DNA of 64,000 nt, taken from Candidatus Micrarchaeota archaeon. GTDB lineage: Archaea; Micrarchaeota; Micrarchaeia; Anstonellales; Bilamarchaeaceae. Made by a program: the position numbers and the translations under genes. The DNA lies in the NCBI GenBank assembly GCA_032123335.1, contig JAQBFN010000020.1:11691-75690 (forward strand), in the 5' to 3' direction. Below the pieces are notes generated by a model, which made no database searches, was not told the DNA's origin, and saw only the letters and a program-made list of their open reading frames with translations. This document shows positions 40,627 to 49,856 of the stretch, piece by piece. Within the stretch, counting starts at the first letter, position 1. Each line of letters opens with the position of its first letter.

Positions 40627-41049
40627 TCACCTGGACTCGTATCCGAGCAGCTTGCAGAGGTCTTTCACCTTTATGTACTTGGTGAGCGTTCCTACATCAG
40701 CACCGTCAATCCTTATGGGCTCTCCCTTTACATCCGCAGGCTTGCCCATGTAAACCCTGAGCTTCTTGTACGCATTCCTGCCGGTTGCTTTCTTCCTTGG
40801 AAGCATTCCCCTGATTAATCTCTTCACGAACCTGTCCGGCACCTTTGGCCAGTACGGGCTCTTCTCGGGGTTTCCCTTGAACTGGAGCTGCCTCCTGTGA
40901 ATGTACTTATCCACAATCTTCTGCGGCTGCCCCGAAATAACCGATTCCTCCGCATTGATTACCTGGATTTCCTCACCTTCAATAAGCTTTTTCGCCACAA
41001 AGGTTCCAACCCTTCCGATTCTTGCGTTTCCAGCGTCTATTACTATCAT
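40627..41049 (-). CDS. rplM: Ribosomal protein uL13
   Basis: VIDA, INAE, PDRFVKRLIRGMLP. Confidence 0.96.
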   Translation of the reverse strand: MIVIDAGNARIGRVGTFVAKKLIEGEEIQVINAEESVISGQPQKIVDKYIHRRQLQFKGNPEKSPYWPKVPDRFVKRLIRGMLPRKKATGRNAYKKLRVYMGKPADVKGEPIRIDGADVGTLTKYIKVKDLCKLLGYESR

Positions 41050-41058
41050 GATAATCAC

Positions 41059-41406
41059 CTACACAAGTATCCTCACATTTTTCCCTTCCGGGTTCGCCTT
41101 CATGAGCTCTTCAATGCTCAACAGCTTTCCGCCATTCTTCTCAATGAGCGCCTTTGCACTTCCGCTGAAAGAGAACGCTGCAACATCAACCTTCTTTGTA
41201 AGGTATCCAGCACCCAGCAATTTCCCGGGCACAAGGACGGTTTCCCCATCGTTCACATATTCTTCCAGCTTGCTAACGTTGACTGCGGGCCTCCTTCTTG
41301 TAGGCTTGGACAGCTCTCGCGCTACCTTTTTCCAGATTTCCTTGTCAGCTTTCTTGAGCTCATATATGAGACCCAGTAGCTTCTTGTTTTCTATTCCGCT
41401 TTTCAT
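41059..41406 (-). CDS. rpl18e: Ribosomal protein eL18
   Basis: VNVSKL, VPGKLLGAG, AFSFSGSA. Confidence 0.96.
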   Translation of the reverse strand: MKSGIENKKLLGLIYELKKADKEIWKKVARELSKPTRRRPAVNVSKLEEYVNDGETVLVPGKLLGAGYLTKKVDVAAFSFSGSAKALIEKNGGKLLSIEELMKANPEGKNVRILV

Positions 41407-41482
41407 CTAAAACACCTTCGCCTTTCGGCTCGCCCCATCCGGGACTGAAATGAGTGTTGCTCTATATTACTATAAGAAAAGT

Positions 41483-41827
41483 TTATAAGTTCTTCTGAAG
41501 CTTCCCTCGAGCCCTAGCCTTCCTGATTTCCGGCCTCTTCACCTTTGGCTTCGGCATCCTTTTAGGGTCCATCATTGACCTTTTCTCAGGAAACATCTTC
41601 TTTGCTCCAACTTCCACCAATTCAAATTCACTCCCAGGCTTTGCCTTAACCTCTTCATCTTCCCACTCCTCACTCGGCACGGGAGACCCCCTATACTCTG
41701 GCTCCTCCTTTTTCGGAGGCTTAAGATCCAAAGGCGCAAAAAGCACCTTGAGCTTCTCATCAATCCCCCTAAGAATAGCATTTAGCGTGAACCTCCCTCC
41801 CGGTAGCTCCATCTTTGGCAGTGCCAT
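41483..41827 (-). CDS. Hypothetical protein with basic Pro-rich tail
   Basis: AGGAG SD-like site upstream; no recognised motif. Confidence 0.55.
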   Translation of the reverse strand: MALPKMELPGGRFTLNAILRGIDEKLKVLFAPLDLKPPKKEEPEYRGSPVPSEEWEDEEVKAKPGSEFELVEVGAKKMFPEKRSMMDPKRMPKPKVKRPEIRKARARGKLQKNL

Positions 41828-41943
41828 TACTCCTGAGTTATGCAGAAGAAAATTTAAACTAAACCCCTGTTTCCCCTTCCCCCTCGGGCTCCCCCATCCC
41901 CTCAGTTATATTTTTAAACCTTTTTGGTTTAAATTATGTCCAC

Positions 41944-42360
41944 ATGCTTGATACAACGGATATGCGCATATTGCACATGCTCCTGAAGAATGCCAAGGTT
42001 TCCCTTGCAGAGGTAGGCAAGGAGATAGGGATCTCCCAGCCCGCAGCCCGCAAGCGCTTAGAAAAACTCAAGAAAAAAGGCATAGTACTAGGAAGCACAG
42101 TAACCCTGAACGAGCGCAGGATTGGATGGGAGCGCGCCCTCCTCGCGCTGGCTATCTCCAAATTCAACTACCTCAAAACCCTGGACGCAATCCAATCCAC
42201 CCCCATGGTAACTGCAGTCTACACAACCACTGGTCCCTACACCCTCGCAGTAGAGGTGCTCGGCCCAGTCGGCATCATAAAGGAAGTTACAAAGCACATT
42301 TCCAAAATAAAAGGGGTAAACGAGCTCTGCCCTATCACGTTCGTAGAAAAAATCAAATAG
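41944..42360 (+). CDS. Lrp/AsnC family regulator
   Basis: LDTTDMRIL..L.KNAK.S..E....G.S...RKRL; RAM-domain TTGPY. Confidence 0.92.
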   Translation: MLDTTDMRILHMLLKNAKVSLAEVGKEIGISQPAARKRLEKLKKKGIVLGSTVTLNERRIGWERALLALAISKFNYLKTLDAIQSTPMVTAVYTTTGPYTLAVEVLGPVGIIKEVTKHISKIKGVNELCPITFVEKIK

Positions 42361-42370
42361 GTGAAAGCAA

Positions 42371-42865
42371 ATGAAGGAGATCTCAATAGAAAACCTGGTG
42401 GAGTTGGCAAAAAAGCTTAATCAAGAAGGAAAGAAGTGGCATTTCCATATGCTCACTCCGGATTGCGTTTTCAACAAGAGAAAAGACAAGTATGCAGTTG
42501 TCCTGGAAAACGACACCGACCGGGAGACCTATACTGTCTATTCGTACAAGCGCCACATGGGCACGTGCGAAGAGCTTGCCAAGCTCCTCTATGGAAAAGC
42601 AATCCTGGAAAAGGAAGCCCACCCCACCCCTCCGGGCAAAGGCATGAAGTCCATCCTGGAAAAAGCAGCCCGGATGACCAAGGACGGCCTTCCATGGCAC
42701 CACCATATACTTTTCCCGAACTGCATCTTCAACAAGCACAAGGGCAAATGGACCATTATCTTTGAAGACAGCGAAGAAGGGAAGGCCATGGAATCGGTTA
42801 CCGTGCATGAACCGCTGGATGATGTAAAGAAGATAGAAATACTCTATTACTCGCAGAAAAGATGA
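42371..42865 (+). CDS. Hypothetical protein with duplicated W-H-x-H-x-L-x-P-x-C-x-F-N domain
   Basis: WHFHMLTPDCVFNK and WHHHILFPNCIFNK; GGTGA SD site. Confidence 0.8.
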   Translation: MKEISIENLVELAKKLNQEGKKWHFHMLTPDCVFNKRKDKYAVVLENDTDRETYTVYSYKRHMGTCEELAKLLYGKAILEKEAHPTPPGKGMKSILEKAARMTKDGLPWHHHILFPNCIFNKHKGKWTIIFEDSEEGKAMESVTVHEPLDDVKKIEILYYSQKR

Positions 42866-42875
42866 GGGGAAATAT

Positions 42876-44090
42876 ATGCTTAACACAGAAGAAATCCGCA
42901 AAGATTTTCCTATTCTTGAGCGCAAAATAAACGGCCACCCGCTCGTTTACCTGGACAATGGCGCAACCTCCCAGAAGCCCATCCAGGTAATCAATTCAAT
43001 TGTGGATTACTACGAAAACCACAACGCAAATGTGCACCGCGGAGTGCACACCCTGAGCGCAGAAGCCACAGAAATGTACGAAGAAGCCCGCAAAAAGGTT
43101 GCCAAGTTCATAAACGCGGAACCCGAGGAAATAATCTTCACAAAGAATGCTTCCGAAGCCATCAATATGGTAATGTATACATATGGGGAGCAGAACATTT
43201 CTGCGGGGGACACCATTACAACAAGCATAATGGAGCACCACTCAGGTTTTATTCCCTGGCAGGCCCTCGCCAAGAAAAAGAGCGCAACGCTTTCCATAAT
43301 GAACGTAACCAGGGAAGGGGAGATCCCCGAATCCGAATACTCCAAGATCCAGGGCGCAAAGCTCACCTCCATTGTGCACGCTTCCAATGTTCTTGGTACC
43401 ATAAACCCAGTAAAGGAATTCGCAAAGCTTGCCCACGAAAACGATGGCATAATTTTAGTGGATGGTTCCCAATCCGTTCCACACCTCTCCGTAGATGTGA
43501 AGGATTTGGATTGCGATTTTTTTGCATTCACGGGCCACAAGATGCTCGGCCCCACAGGCATAGGAGTGCTTTACGGAAAGAAGGAGCTGCTTGAGAAAAT
43601 GCCCCCATTCCTATATGGGGGGGAGATGGTTGTTGATGCAAAAGTCGAAGGGTGCAAATGGAACGAAATCCCGCACAAATTCGAAGCAGGGACCCCCAAC
43701 ATGGCCGGCACAGTAGGCCTCGGTGCAGCAATCGACTACCTAACTAAACTCGGAATGGAGAATGTGCGCGCCCACGAAATCGAGCTCCTGGACTACGCAA
43801 CAAAGGCCCTCCTTGAAATTGAGGGTTTGGAGCTCTACGGCCCCAAGGACCCGCACAAAAGAACCGGAATCCTCACTTTCAATATCCCGGGGCTTTCCTC
43901 CATAGACCTCTCCTCTTTCATGGACGAGTATGGTTTCGCAATCCGCTCAGGATTCCACTGCGCCCAGCCCGTGCACGAAGCCCTCGGGATTCTCCCATCC
44001 GCCCGCATTTCTTTCTACATCTATAACACAAAGGAGGAAATCGATGCATTAATCCCCAGGATAAATGAAGTAAGAAGGGTGATATCATGA
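42876..44090 (+). CDS. sufS: Cysteine desulfurase, SufS type
   Basis: YLDNGATSQKP, NVHRGVH, TGHKMLGP, FEAGTP, RSGFHCAQP. Confidence 0.97.
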   Translation: MLNTEEIRKDFPILERKINGHPLVYLDNGATSQKPIQVINSIVDYYENHNANVHRGVHTLSAEATEMYEEARKKVAKFINAEPEEIIFTKNASEAINMVMYTYGEQNISAGDTITTSIMEHHSGFIPWQALAKKKSATLSIMNVTREGEIPESEYSKIQGAKLTSIVHASNVLGTINPVKEFAKLAHENDGIILVDGSQSVPHLSVDVKDLDCDFFAFTGHKMLGPTGIGVLYGKKELLEKMPPFLYGGEMVVDAKVEGCKWNEIPHKFEAGTPNMAGTVGLGAAIDYLTKLGMENVRAHEIELLDYATKALLEIEGLELYGPKDPHKRTGILTFNIPGLSSIDLSSFMDEYGFAIRSGFHCAQPVHEALGILPSARISFYIYNTKEEIDALIPRINEVRRVIS

Positions 44091-44545
44091 GCGAAAACAG
44101 GTACCAGAAGTTCGTAGAGCTGTTCAAAAATCCGTTAAACCGAAGGGAAATGGAAAACCCTGACGTAACCCATGAAGGGCGGAACACCTGTGGGGACACC
44201 CTTATGGTCTTCCTCAAAATAGATGACGGAAGAATAGAAGATATTTCCTACCAGGGAGCCTTCTGCGCATTCAGCAATGCTTCTGCCTCCCAGGTAACCG
44301 AGTTCATAAAAGGACTGACCCTGGACGAAGTCCTTGCAATAGACAACCCCAAGCTTTTCGAGCTGATTGGGGATGATTTAAGCGATAACTCCCACAGGCT
44401 GAGTTGCATCCTCTTCCCACTGAACACGGTAAAACAAGCCTGCGAAAAATACAAGCAAAATGGTCCGGATAAAACTCCCAAAAAACTAAGCAAGGATATT
44501 GATTGCCACTGCGATGAGCACAATGCAGAGCTGGGAATCCAGTAG
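44087..44545 (+). CDS. SufU/IscU-like Fe-S scaffold or sulfur acceptor
   Basis: NTCGD, CAFSNASAS, RLSC; C-terminal CHCDEH tail. Confidence 0.9.
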   Translation: MSENRYQKFVELFKNPLNRREMENPDVTHEGRNTCGDTLMVFLKIDDGRIEDISYQGAFCAFSNASASQVTEFIKGLTLDEVLAIDNPKLFELIGDDLSDNSHRLSCILFPLNTVKQACEKYKQNGPDKTPKKLSKDIDCHCDEHNAELGIQ

Positions 44546-44583
44546 CGGAAATACTTATAAATCATGTCTGAGTTTCAGTGAGC

Positions 44584-45966
44584 ATGAAAGTAACTTTTTG
44601 CGGTGCAGCCGGGATAGTCACAGGCTCCTGCTATCTAATCGAATCCGGAAACAAAAAGATCCTGGTGGACTGTGGCATGTTCCAGGGCCCCAAGGATATC
44701 ACGCGCATGAATTACCTTCCTTTTAAGTTTGACCCAAAAAGCATTTCATGCGTGCTCCTTACGCATGCGCATATTGACCATTCCGGGCTCATCCCCAAGC
44801 TCTTCAGGAAAGGCTTTAGGGGAAAGGTGCTCTGCACAGCCCCCACCAAGGATTTGTCCAGGATCATGCTCGAGGATTCAGCATACATAAATGAAAAGGA
44901 TGTTGAAGATGAAAACCGGAGGAGGAAACGAGAGGGGCTCGCGCTCCGTGAACCCCTCTTTACCATGGCTGACGCTAAGAAATCCCTTCGTCTCTTTTCT
45001 TCGGTAAATTACGGGCGCAGAATAAAAATCGCTGAGGGAATAAGTGCAACGTTCAGGGATGCCGGCCACATACTTGGCTCCTCAATCATTGAGCTTTTTG
45101 TTGAGGAGAAAGGGAGGAAGACTAAGTTGGTATTTTCTGGAGACCTTGGGCAGTGGGACGTCCCAATTGTCCGGGACCCAACCATAATACAAGAGGCAGA
45201 TTACCTCTTTCTTGAATCAACCTATGGAGATAGGAGCAGGGAGAATTTTGAGGAGAAGGAGAAGGCACTGCATGATGCAATAAAGAAAACTTTCAAGAGA
45301 GGAGGCAAACTTATGATTCCTTCTTTTGCTGTTGAGAGGACTCAGGAACTTCTTTATTTTATTCACCGGCTCATAAAAAAGGGAAAATTTCCAAAAGAGA
45401 GGGTTTTCCTGGACAGCCCCCTAGCAATCAAGGCAACAGAGGTGTTCAGAAAACATGGTGCATTTTATGATGAAGAAACCAAACGTTCTTTTGCCACTCC
45501 ATTTACTTTTGCCCGGTTGGAGAATTTAGTTACTGGCAGGGATTCAATGAAGCTCAACAATTATCCAGGCCCTTGCATCATCATAGCCGGAAGCGGCATG
45601 TGCACAGGAGGAAGAATAAGGCATCACTTGAAACATCACCTCTGGGAACCTGAAAATACCCTGCTTTTTATCGGGTACCAGGCTGAGGGCACACTTGGAA
45701 GGCGTATTCTGGATGGTGCAGAGTATGTCCATATGATGGGAGTAAAAGTAGCAGTAAAAGCAGAGGTTGAGAGAATAGAGGGTTTTTCCGCCCATGCTGA
45801 TTCGGAAGAGCTGCTCCGCTGGGCAGATGGTTTTGAGGCAAAGCCCAGGAAGGTTTTTGTGGTGCATGGGGATATGGATGCTTCAACTGCTTTGGCCAAA
45901 CGGCTCAACTCCCTGGGCTATAAAACACATATTCCAAAAATCGGGGAAACTGTTGAGCTCAAATAG
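44584..45966 (+). CDS. beta-CASP metallo-beta-lactamase RNase (bacterial-type)
   Basis: VTGSCY, THAHIDHSG, AGHILGS, ESTYG, FAVERTQE, FSAHAD. Confidence 0.93.
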   Translation: MKVTFCGAAGIVTGSCYLIESGNKKILVDCGMFQGPKDITRMNYLPFKFDPKSISCVLLTHAHIDHSGLIPKLFRKGFRGKVLCTAPTKDLSRIMLEDSAYINEKDVEDENRRRKREGLALREPLFTMADAKKSLRLFSSVNYGRRIKIAEGISATFRDAGHILGSSIIELFVEEKGRKTKLVFSGDLGQWDVPIVRDPTIIQEADYLFLESTYGDRSRENFEEKEKALHDAIKKTFKRGGKLMIPSFAVERTQELLYFIHRLIKKGKFPKERVFLDSPLAIKATEVFRKHGAFYDEETKRSFATPFTFARLENLVTGRDSMKLNNYPGPCIIIAGSGMCTGGRIRHHLKHHLWEPENTLLFIGYQAEGTLGRRILDGAEYVHMMGVKVAVKAEVERIEGFSAHADSEELLRWADGFEAKPRKVFVVHGDMDASTALAKRLNSLGYKTHIPKIGETVELK

Positions 45967-46078
45967 TGCGGCTTCCCACTCCACACCAATATTGTTTTCT
46001 GAATATTTTTTCCTGTTCCGCAATGTTTCTTCACAGCATTCCGTGCTACTGTTCAACTGAAAACAAAGAGCTTGGAAT

Positions 46079-46564
46079 CTATCTGGCAACAATTCTATTT
46101 CCAATTGATTTGAGGTTTCCAACATTATCTGCCCGTGGCGTTCCTTTTTTGGGTTTTGGAATCCGAAGATTTCCTTTTTCAGCGGGAGGCCTGCTCTTCC
46201 TTGCTTCCAGGGCCTTGAGGGCAATGGGTGCTACATATGGGAGGTCGCTTTCCGTAATGCTCTTCAACTCGGAATCGATTCCCTTGCCATCCAGCCCCTC
46301 AACCGCCTTTATTGCCTCCTTTTGAAGCCCCATCTCTGGGCTGCGCAGCAGTTTTTTAAGGAGCCTCAGTGCTTTGTTGCTGCCCATGTGTTTCAGGGTG
46401 TCGATTGCAAGCGTTTTTTCCCAGTATCCGCCATCTTCCAAAACCTTTGCAAGCCCGGGAATTGCTTTGTCCTCCATTGCGGCAATCAAATTCACTTCTC
46501 CAGATCTAATTAGGTCATACACTTCAATCCGAGCCAGGTATTTAGCCTGTTCTCCGCCTCCCAT
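46079..46564 (-). CDS. HEAT-repeat protein
   Basis: AIPGLAKVLED, ALRLLKKLLRS-type repeats. Confidence 0.65.
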   Translation of the reverse strand: MGGGEQAKYLARIEVYDLIRSGEVNLIAAMEDKAIPGLAKVLEDGGYWEKTLAIDTLKHMGSNKALRLLKKLLRSPEMGLQKEAIKAVEGLDGKGIDSELKSITESDLPYVAPIALKALEARKSRPPAEKGNLRIPKPKKGTPRADNVGNLKSIGNRIVAR

Positions 46565-46656
46565 GTTACTCTATTATGGAATATTATGTATAAAAATGTG
46601 CCATATATCCACTTTCTGTGCAATAATTATATAAACATTAATTCAGTACCTGCACC

Positions 46657-47652
46657 ATGAGTTTGATTTCCAGATTCAAGAAAACTGCCTGGAAGAAGTG
46701 CAGGATGGTCCTTCCCGAGGGGGAAGACCCCCGTGTCCTTGAAGCCGCCATAAAGGCGAAGAAGCTCAAGATTGCCGATCCATTCTTTGTTGGAAACAAA
46801 AAGGAAATAGAAAAAACAGCAAAAAGGCTCAAAGTTTCCCTCAAAGGCTTCGAAATAATCGACACCTCCTCAGGAATCCCCGAAAAATATATTGTTGCCT
46901 ACCGCAAAGTGCGCAAAGCGCCCCCCGCTCTCGCAAATCGTATCCTCTCCAACCCACTCTTCCTCGCTTCCCTCATGGTAAAGATGGGTGAAGCAGATGC
47001 AATGGTTGCAGGCGCAGTTTCCTCTTCCGCAGATGTAATCACCGCTGCCACTGGAATAATCGGACTGCGCAAGGGGGTCTCCGTTCCCTCAAGCTTCTTC
47101 ATAATGGAAATCCCAAACCCCAAAGTAGGTGAAAACGGCCTCCTCCTTTTTGCAGATTCTTCTGTAAACATTGAACTAACTCCGGAGCAGATGGCGGATG
47201 TTGCAATCACCACTGCCCAAACCGCCAAAGAGCTCATGAATTGGACCCCCCGCGCTGCAATGCTTTCTTTCTCCACGAAAGGAAGCTCCATTCACCCGCG
47301 TGCAGACAAGGTAATCGAAGCCACAAAAATCGCAAACAAAAAAGCCCCCAAATTATACATCGACGGTGAAATGCAGGGCGATTCCGCCCTTGTTCCCTCC
47401 ACCGCAAAAAAGAAAATAAAGGGTAAGCTCGGGCCAGTTGCAGGCCGCGCCAATATCCTCATATTCCCGGACCTTGACTCAGGAAACATCACCTACAAGC
47501 TTACTCAGTGTCTCGGTGGCGCAAACGCCTACGGCCCCATTCTCCAGGGCTTCCAAAAACCTGTTTCCGACCTTTCCAGAGGCGCCAAAACTGAAGACAT
47601 TCTAGGCTCAATAGCTATCCTGAGTACCTGGGCAAAAAGGGTGAAAAAATGA
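46657..47652 (+). CDS. pta: Phosphate acetyltransferase
   Basis: LPEGEDPRVL, MLSFSTKGS, DGEMQGD, FPDLDSGNI, DLSRG. Confidence 0.96.
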   Translation: MSLISRFKKTAWKKCRMVLPEGEDPRVLEAAIKAKKLKIADPFFVGNKKEIEKTAKRLKVSLKGFEIIDTSSGIPEKYIVAYRKVRKAPPALANRILSNPLFLASLMVKMGEADAMVAGAVSSSADVITAATGIIGLRKGVSVPSSFFIMEIPNPKVGENGLLLFADSSVNIELTPEQMADVAITTAQTAKELMNWTPRAAMLSFSTKGSSIHPRADKVIEATKIANKKAPKLYIDGEMQGDSALVPSTAKKKIKGKLGPVAGRANILIFPDLDSGNITYKLTQCLGGANAYGPILQGFQKPVSDLSRGAKTEDILGSIAILSTWAKRVKK

Positions 47653-48839
47653 AGAAAATACTCGTATTGAATTGCGGAAGCTCATCCATAAAGTACCGCC
47701 TTTTCGACAGCAAATTCAACACCCTCCTTTATGGAATAATCGAGCGCATTGGCCCCAATGCCCAGCTCGTGCATCACAAGGGAAAGAAACCACTCACGGA
47801 AAAAGCAGATGCGAAAAACCACTCCCAGGGAGTCCAGCTTATGGTGAAGCTCCTCCACGATCCGGAGTGGGGCGCAATAAAGCGCGTAACTGAAATCTCG
47901 GTTGTGGGCCACCGCGTAGTCCACGGAGGGCAGTTCGCAAAGACCTCCCTCGCTTCCGGAGTCGCGCTGAAATACCTGAAGGATTTTGAGATGCTCGCCC
48001 CCCTCCACAATCCCAACAACATAACCGGGATAAATGAGATGAAGAAGGCGATGCCCACTGTTCCACAGGTGATGGTTTTCGATACTGAATTCCACCAGAG
48101 TATGCCCCGCAAAGCCTACATGTACGGTTTCCCCTACAGCTATTTTGACAAGTATGCTGTGCGCAAATACGGTTTCCACGGAACCTCCCACAAATATGTT
48201 GCGCAGGAAGCCGCAAAATTCCTAAAAAAGAAATCCCCCAATTTGATTACTTGCCACTTGGGCGCAGGTTCTTCCCTCGCCGCAGTAAAAGCAGGGAAAT
48301 CCATCGATACCTCTATGGGAATGACCCCGCTTGAAGGCGTAATGATGGGAACCCGTACAGGGGACACAGACCCTGCAACTCTCCAGTATCTGGTAAATAA
48401 GTACAAATTCAAATATGAGGATTTATTCGATACAATGAACCACAAGAGCGGACTCTTAGGAGTTTCTGGGGTAAGCAAGGATGTCCGGATAATTGAGGGC
48501 CGCGCCAAAAAGGGCAACGAGCGCTGCAAGCTTGCCCTGGAAATGTATGCCTACCGCGTTGCAAAGTACATAGGAGCATACGCGGTTGCGCTCGGGAAAC
48601 TCGATGCGATTGTATTCACCGCAGGAATCGGCCAGAACTCCTCTTCCATGCGAAAGGAAATCTGCTCTTACCTCCAGATATTGGGTGCAAGGCTCGACCC
48701 CAAAAAGAACCGAAAACCAATCACTAAAGCCACGGACATCTCCGCCCGCGGCTCCAAAGTAAAAATCCTGGTAATCCCCACAAATGAGGAATTGATGATT
48801 GCAAGGGAAGCTGCAAAGGCAGTAGGTGCATCAAAATGA
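47649..48839 (+). CDS. ackA: Acetate kinase
   Basis: LNCGSSSIK, GHRVVHGG, APLHN, FDTEFH, YGFHGTSH, TAGIG, PTNEE. Confidence 0.98.
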   Translation: MKKILVLNCGSSSIKYRLFDSKFNTLLYGIIERIGPNAQLVHHKGKKPLTEKADAKNHSQGVQLMVKLLHDPEWGAIKRVTEISVVGHRVVHGGQFAKTSLASGVALKYLKDFEMLAPLHNPNNITGINEMKKAMPTVPQVMVFDTEFHQSMPRKAYMYGFPYSYFDKYAVRKYGFHGTSHKYVAQEAAKFLKKKSPNLITCHLGAGSSLAAVKAGKSIDTSMGMTPLEGVMMGTRTGDTDPATLQYLVNKYKFKYEDLFDTMNHKSGLLGVSGVSKDVRIIEGRAKKGNERCKLALEMYAYRVAKYIGAYAVALGKLDAIVFTAGIGQNSSSMRKEICSYLQILGARLDPKKNRKPITKATDISARGSKVKILVIPTNEELMIAREAAKAVGASK

Positions 48840-49207
48840 AAATACTTGGCCTAGGAACTGATCTAGTAGACATGAAAAAGCTAAAGAAAAAGCTCTCAGG
48901 GAAATACGGAAAGCACTTCATCAATTCCACGTTTACCCAAAATGAAATCTGCTGCGCCCAGGAAAAAAACATTGCAAAATTCGCAACCGCATTCGCAGCC
49001 AAGGAAGCAGTGTATAAAGCCTTCCGCACAGGCTGGATTGAAGGCAAGGATGTAGAATTGCTCAGGGACCCGGAAACCGGGGCCCCCTCAATAACCCTCC
49101 ATGGAGAAATAAAGAAAATAGCAAAAAAAGGGAAGGTGAAGGAAATCCAGGTTTCCCTCTCTTTTACGGATTCCCATGCACTCGCAGTAGTCCTTCTTAT
49201 TTCTTGA
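48836..49207 (+). CDS. acpS: Holo-ACP synthase (AcpS-type phosphopantetheinyl transferase)
   Basis: GLGTDLV, FTQNE, FAAKEAVYKA, GAP, VSLS; 123 aa. Confidence 0.9.
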   Translation: MKILGLGTDLVDMKKLKKKLSGKYGKHFINSTFTQNEICCAQEKNIAKFATAFAAKEAVYKAFRTGWIEGKDVELLRDPETGAPSITLHGEIKKIAKKGKVKEIQVSLSFTDSHALAVVLLIS

Positions 49208-49451
49208 GCGTTTTGCACTTTTTATACATGTAGTCTACTGCCGCTTTGATGGTCTTATTCTGCCGCACATCCCGCTGGGGAACCCGGAACCCGAATTCCA
49301 TTTCTAGTGCCGCAAGCAGTTCCACAATGTCCATGGATTTAGCGTGCAGGTCGTCAACAAATGATGTGGTGGGCTTTAATTTGCCCGCACTTACCCCGAA
49401 CACATCCGCAACGACGCTTTTCACTTTCTTCCCGACTTCTTTTTTATCCAT
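49197..49451 (-). CDS. acpP: Acyl carrier protein
   Basis: 84 aa; SFVDDLHAKSMDIVELLAALEMEFG aligns with the ACP consensus SFVDDLGADSLDxVELxMALEEEFG. Confidence 0.88.
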   Translation of the reverse strand: MDKKEVGKKVKSVVADVFGVSAGKLKPTTSFVDDLHAKSMDIVELLAALEMEFGFRVPQRDVRQNKTIKAAVDYMYKKCKTLKK

Positions 49452-49452
49452 G

Positions 49453-49851
49453 CTACTTTACCACCTTGAACACCACGATGTTCGTCCCTGCAATCTTCTT
49501 TACCTTTGCCTTTACCTTCATGGGCATTTTTTTATTCTGTTTTTCAATTGCTTCCACACTGGAGACAGGTACCCCTTCAATCATGGTAAAAAACACCGGG
49601 CCTTCTTTCAATTCCACTCCGCCGTATGCATATGGGTGGTATTTTGCAAATTTCAAGGGAGGTAGATTCCCGCTTGAATAGAAGAGAAGTTCCCCGTCCC
49701 CGCTTATCTCCTTCCAATCCATGTTATGCGTACTGCATTTTACACATGCCGCCTTAGGGGGAAATGTGAAATGCTTGCACTTTTTGCACACCACTCCATA
49801 AATCTTTCCTTTCCCGAGGGATTTGTAGAATTTATCAATCATTCTTTCCAT
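49453..49851 (-). CDS. DUF35 zinc-ribbon/OB-fold thiolase partner
   Basis: CKKC...FPPKAACVKC; PYAYGGVELKEG. Confidence 0.92.
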   Translation of the reverse strand: MERMIDKFYKSLGKGKIYGVVCKKCKHFTFPPKAACVKCSTHNMDWKEISGDGELLFYSSGNLPPLKFAKYHPYAYGGVELKEGPVFFTMIEGVPVSSVEAIEKQNKKMPMKVKAKVKKIAGTNIVVFKVVK

Positions 49852-49856
49852 AATAA

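Noticed and set aside
41411..41458. Hammerhead ribozyme (GAG-CC-GAAA-GG-CGAA resemblance)
   Set aside because: No CUGANGA core in the required position on either strand.
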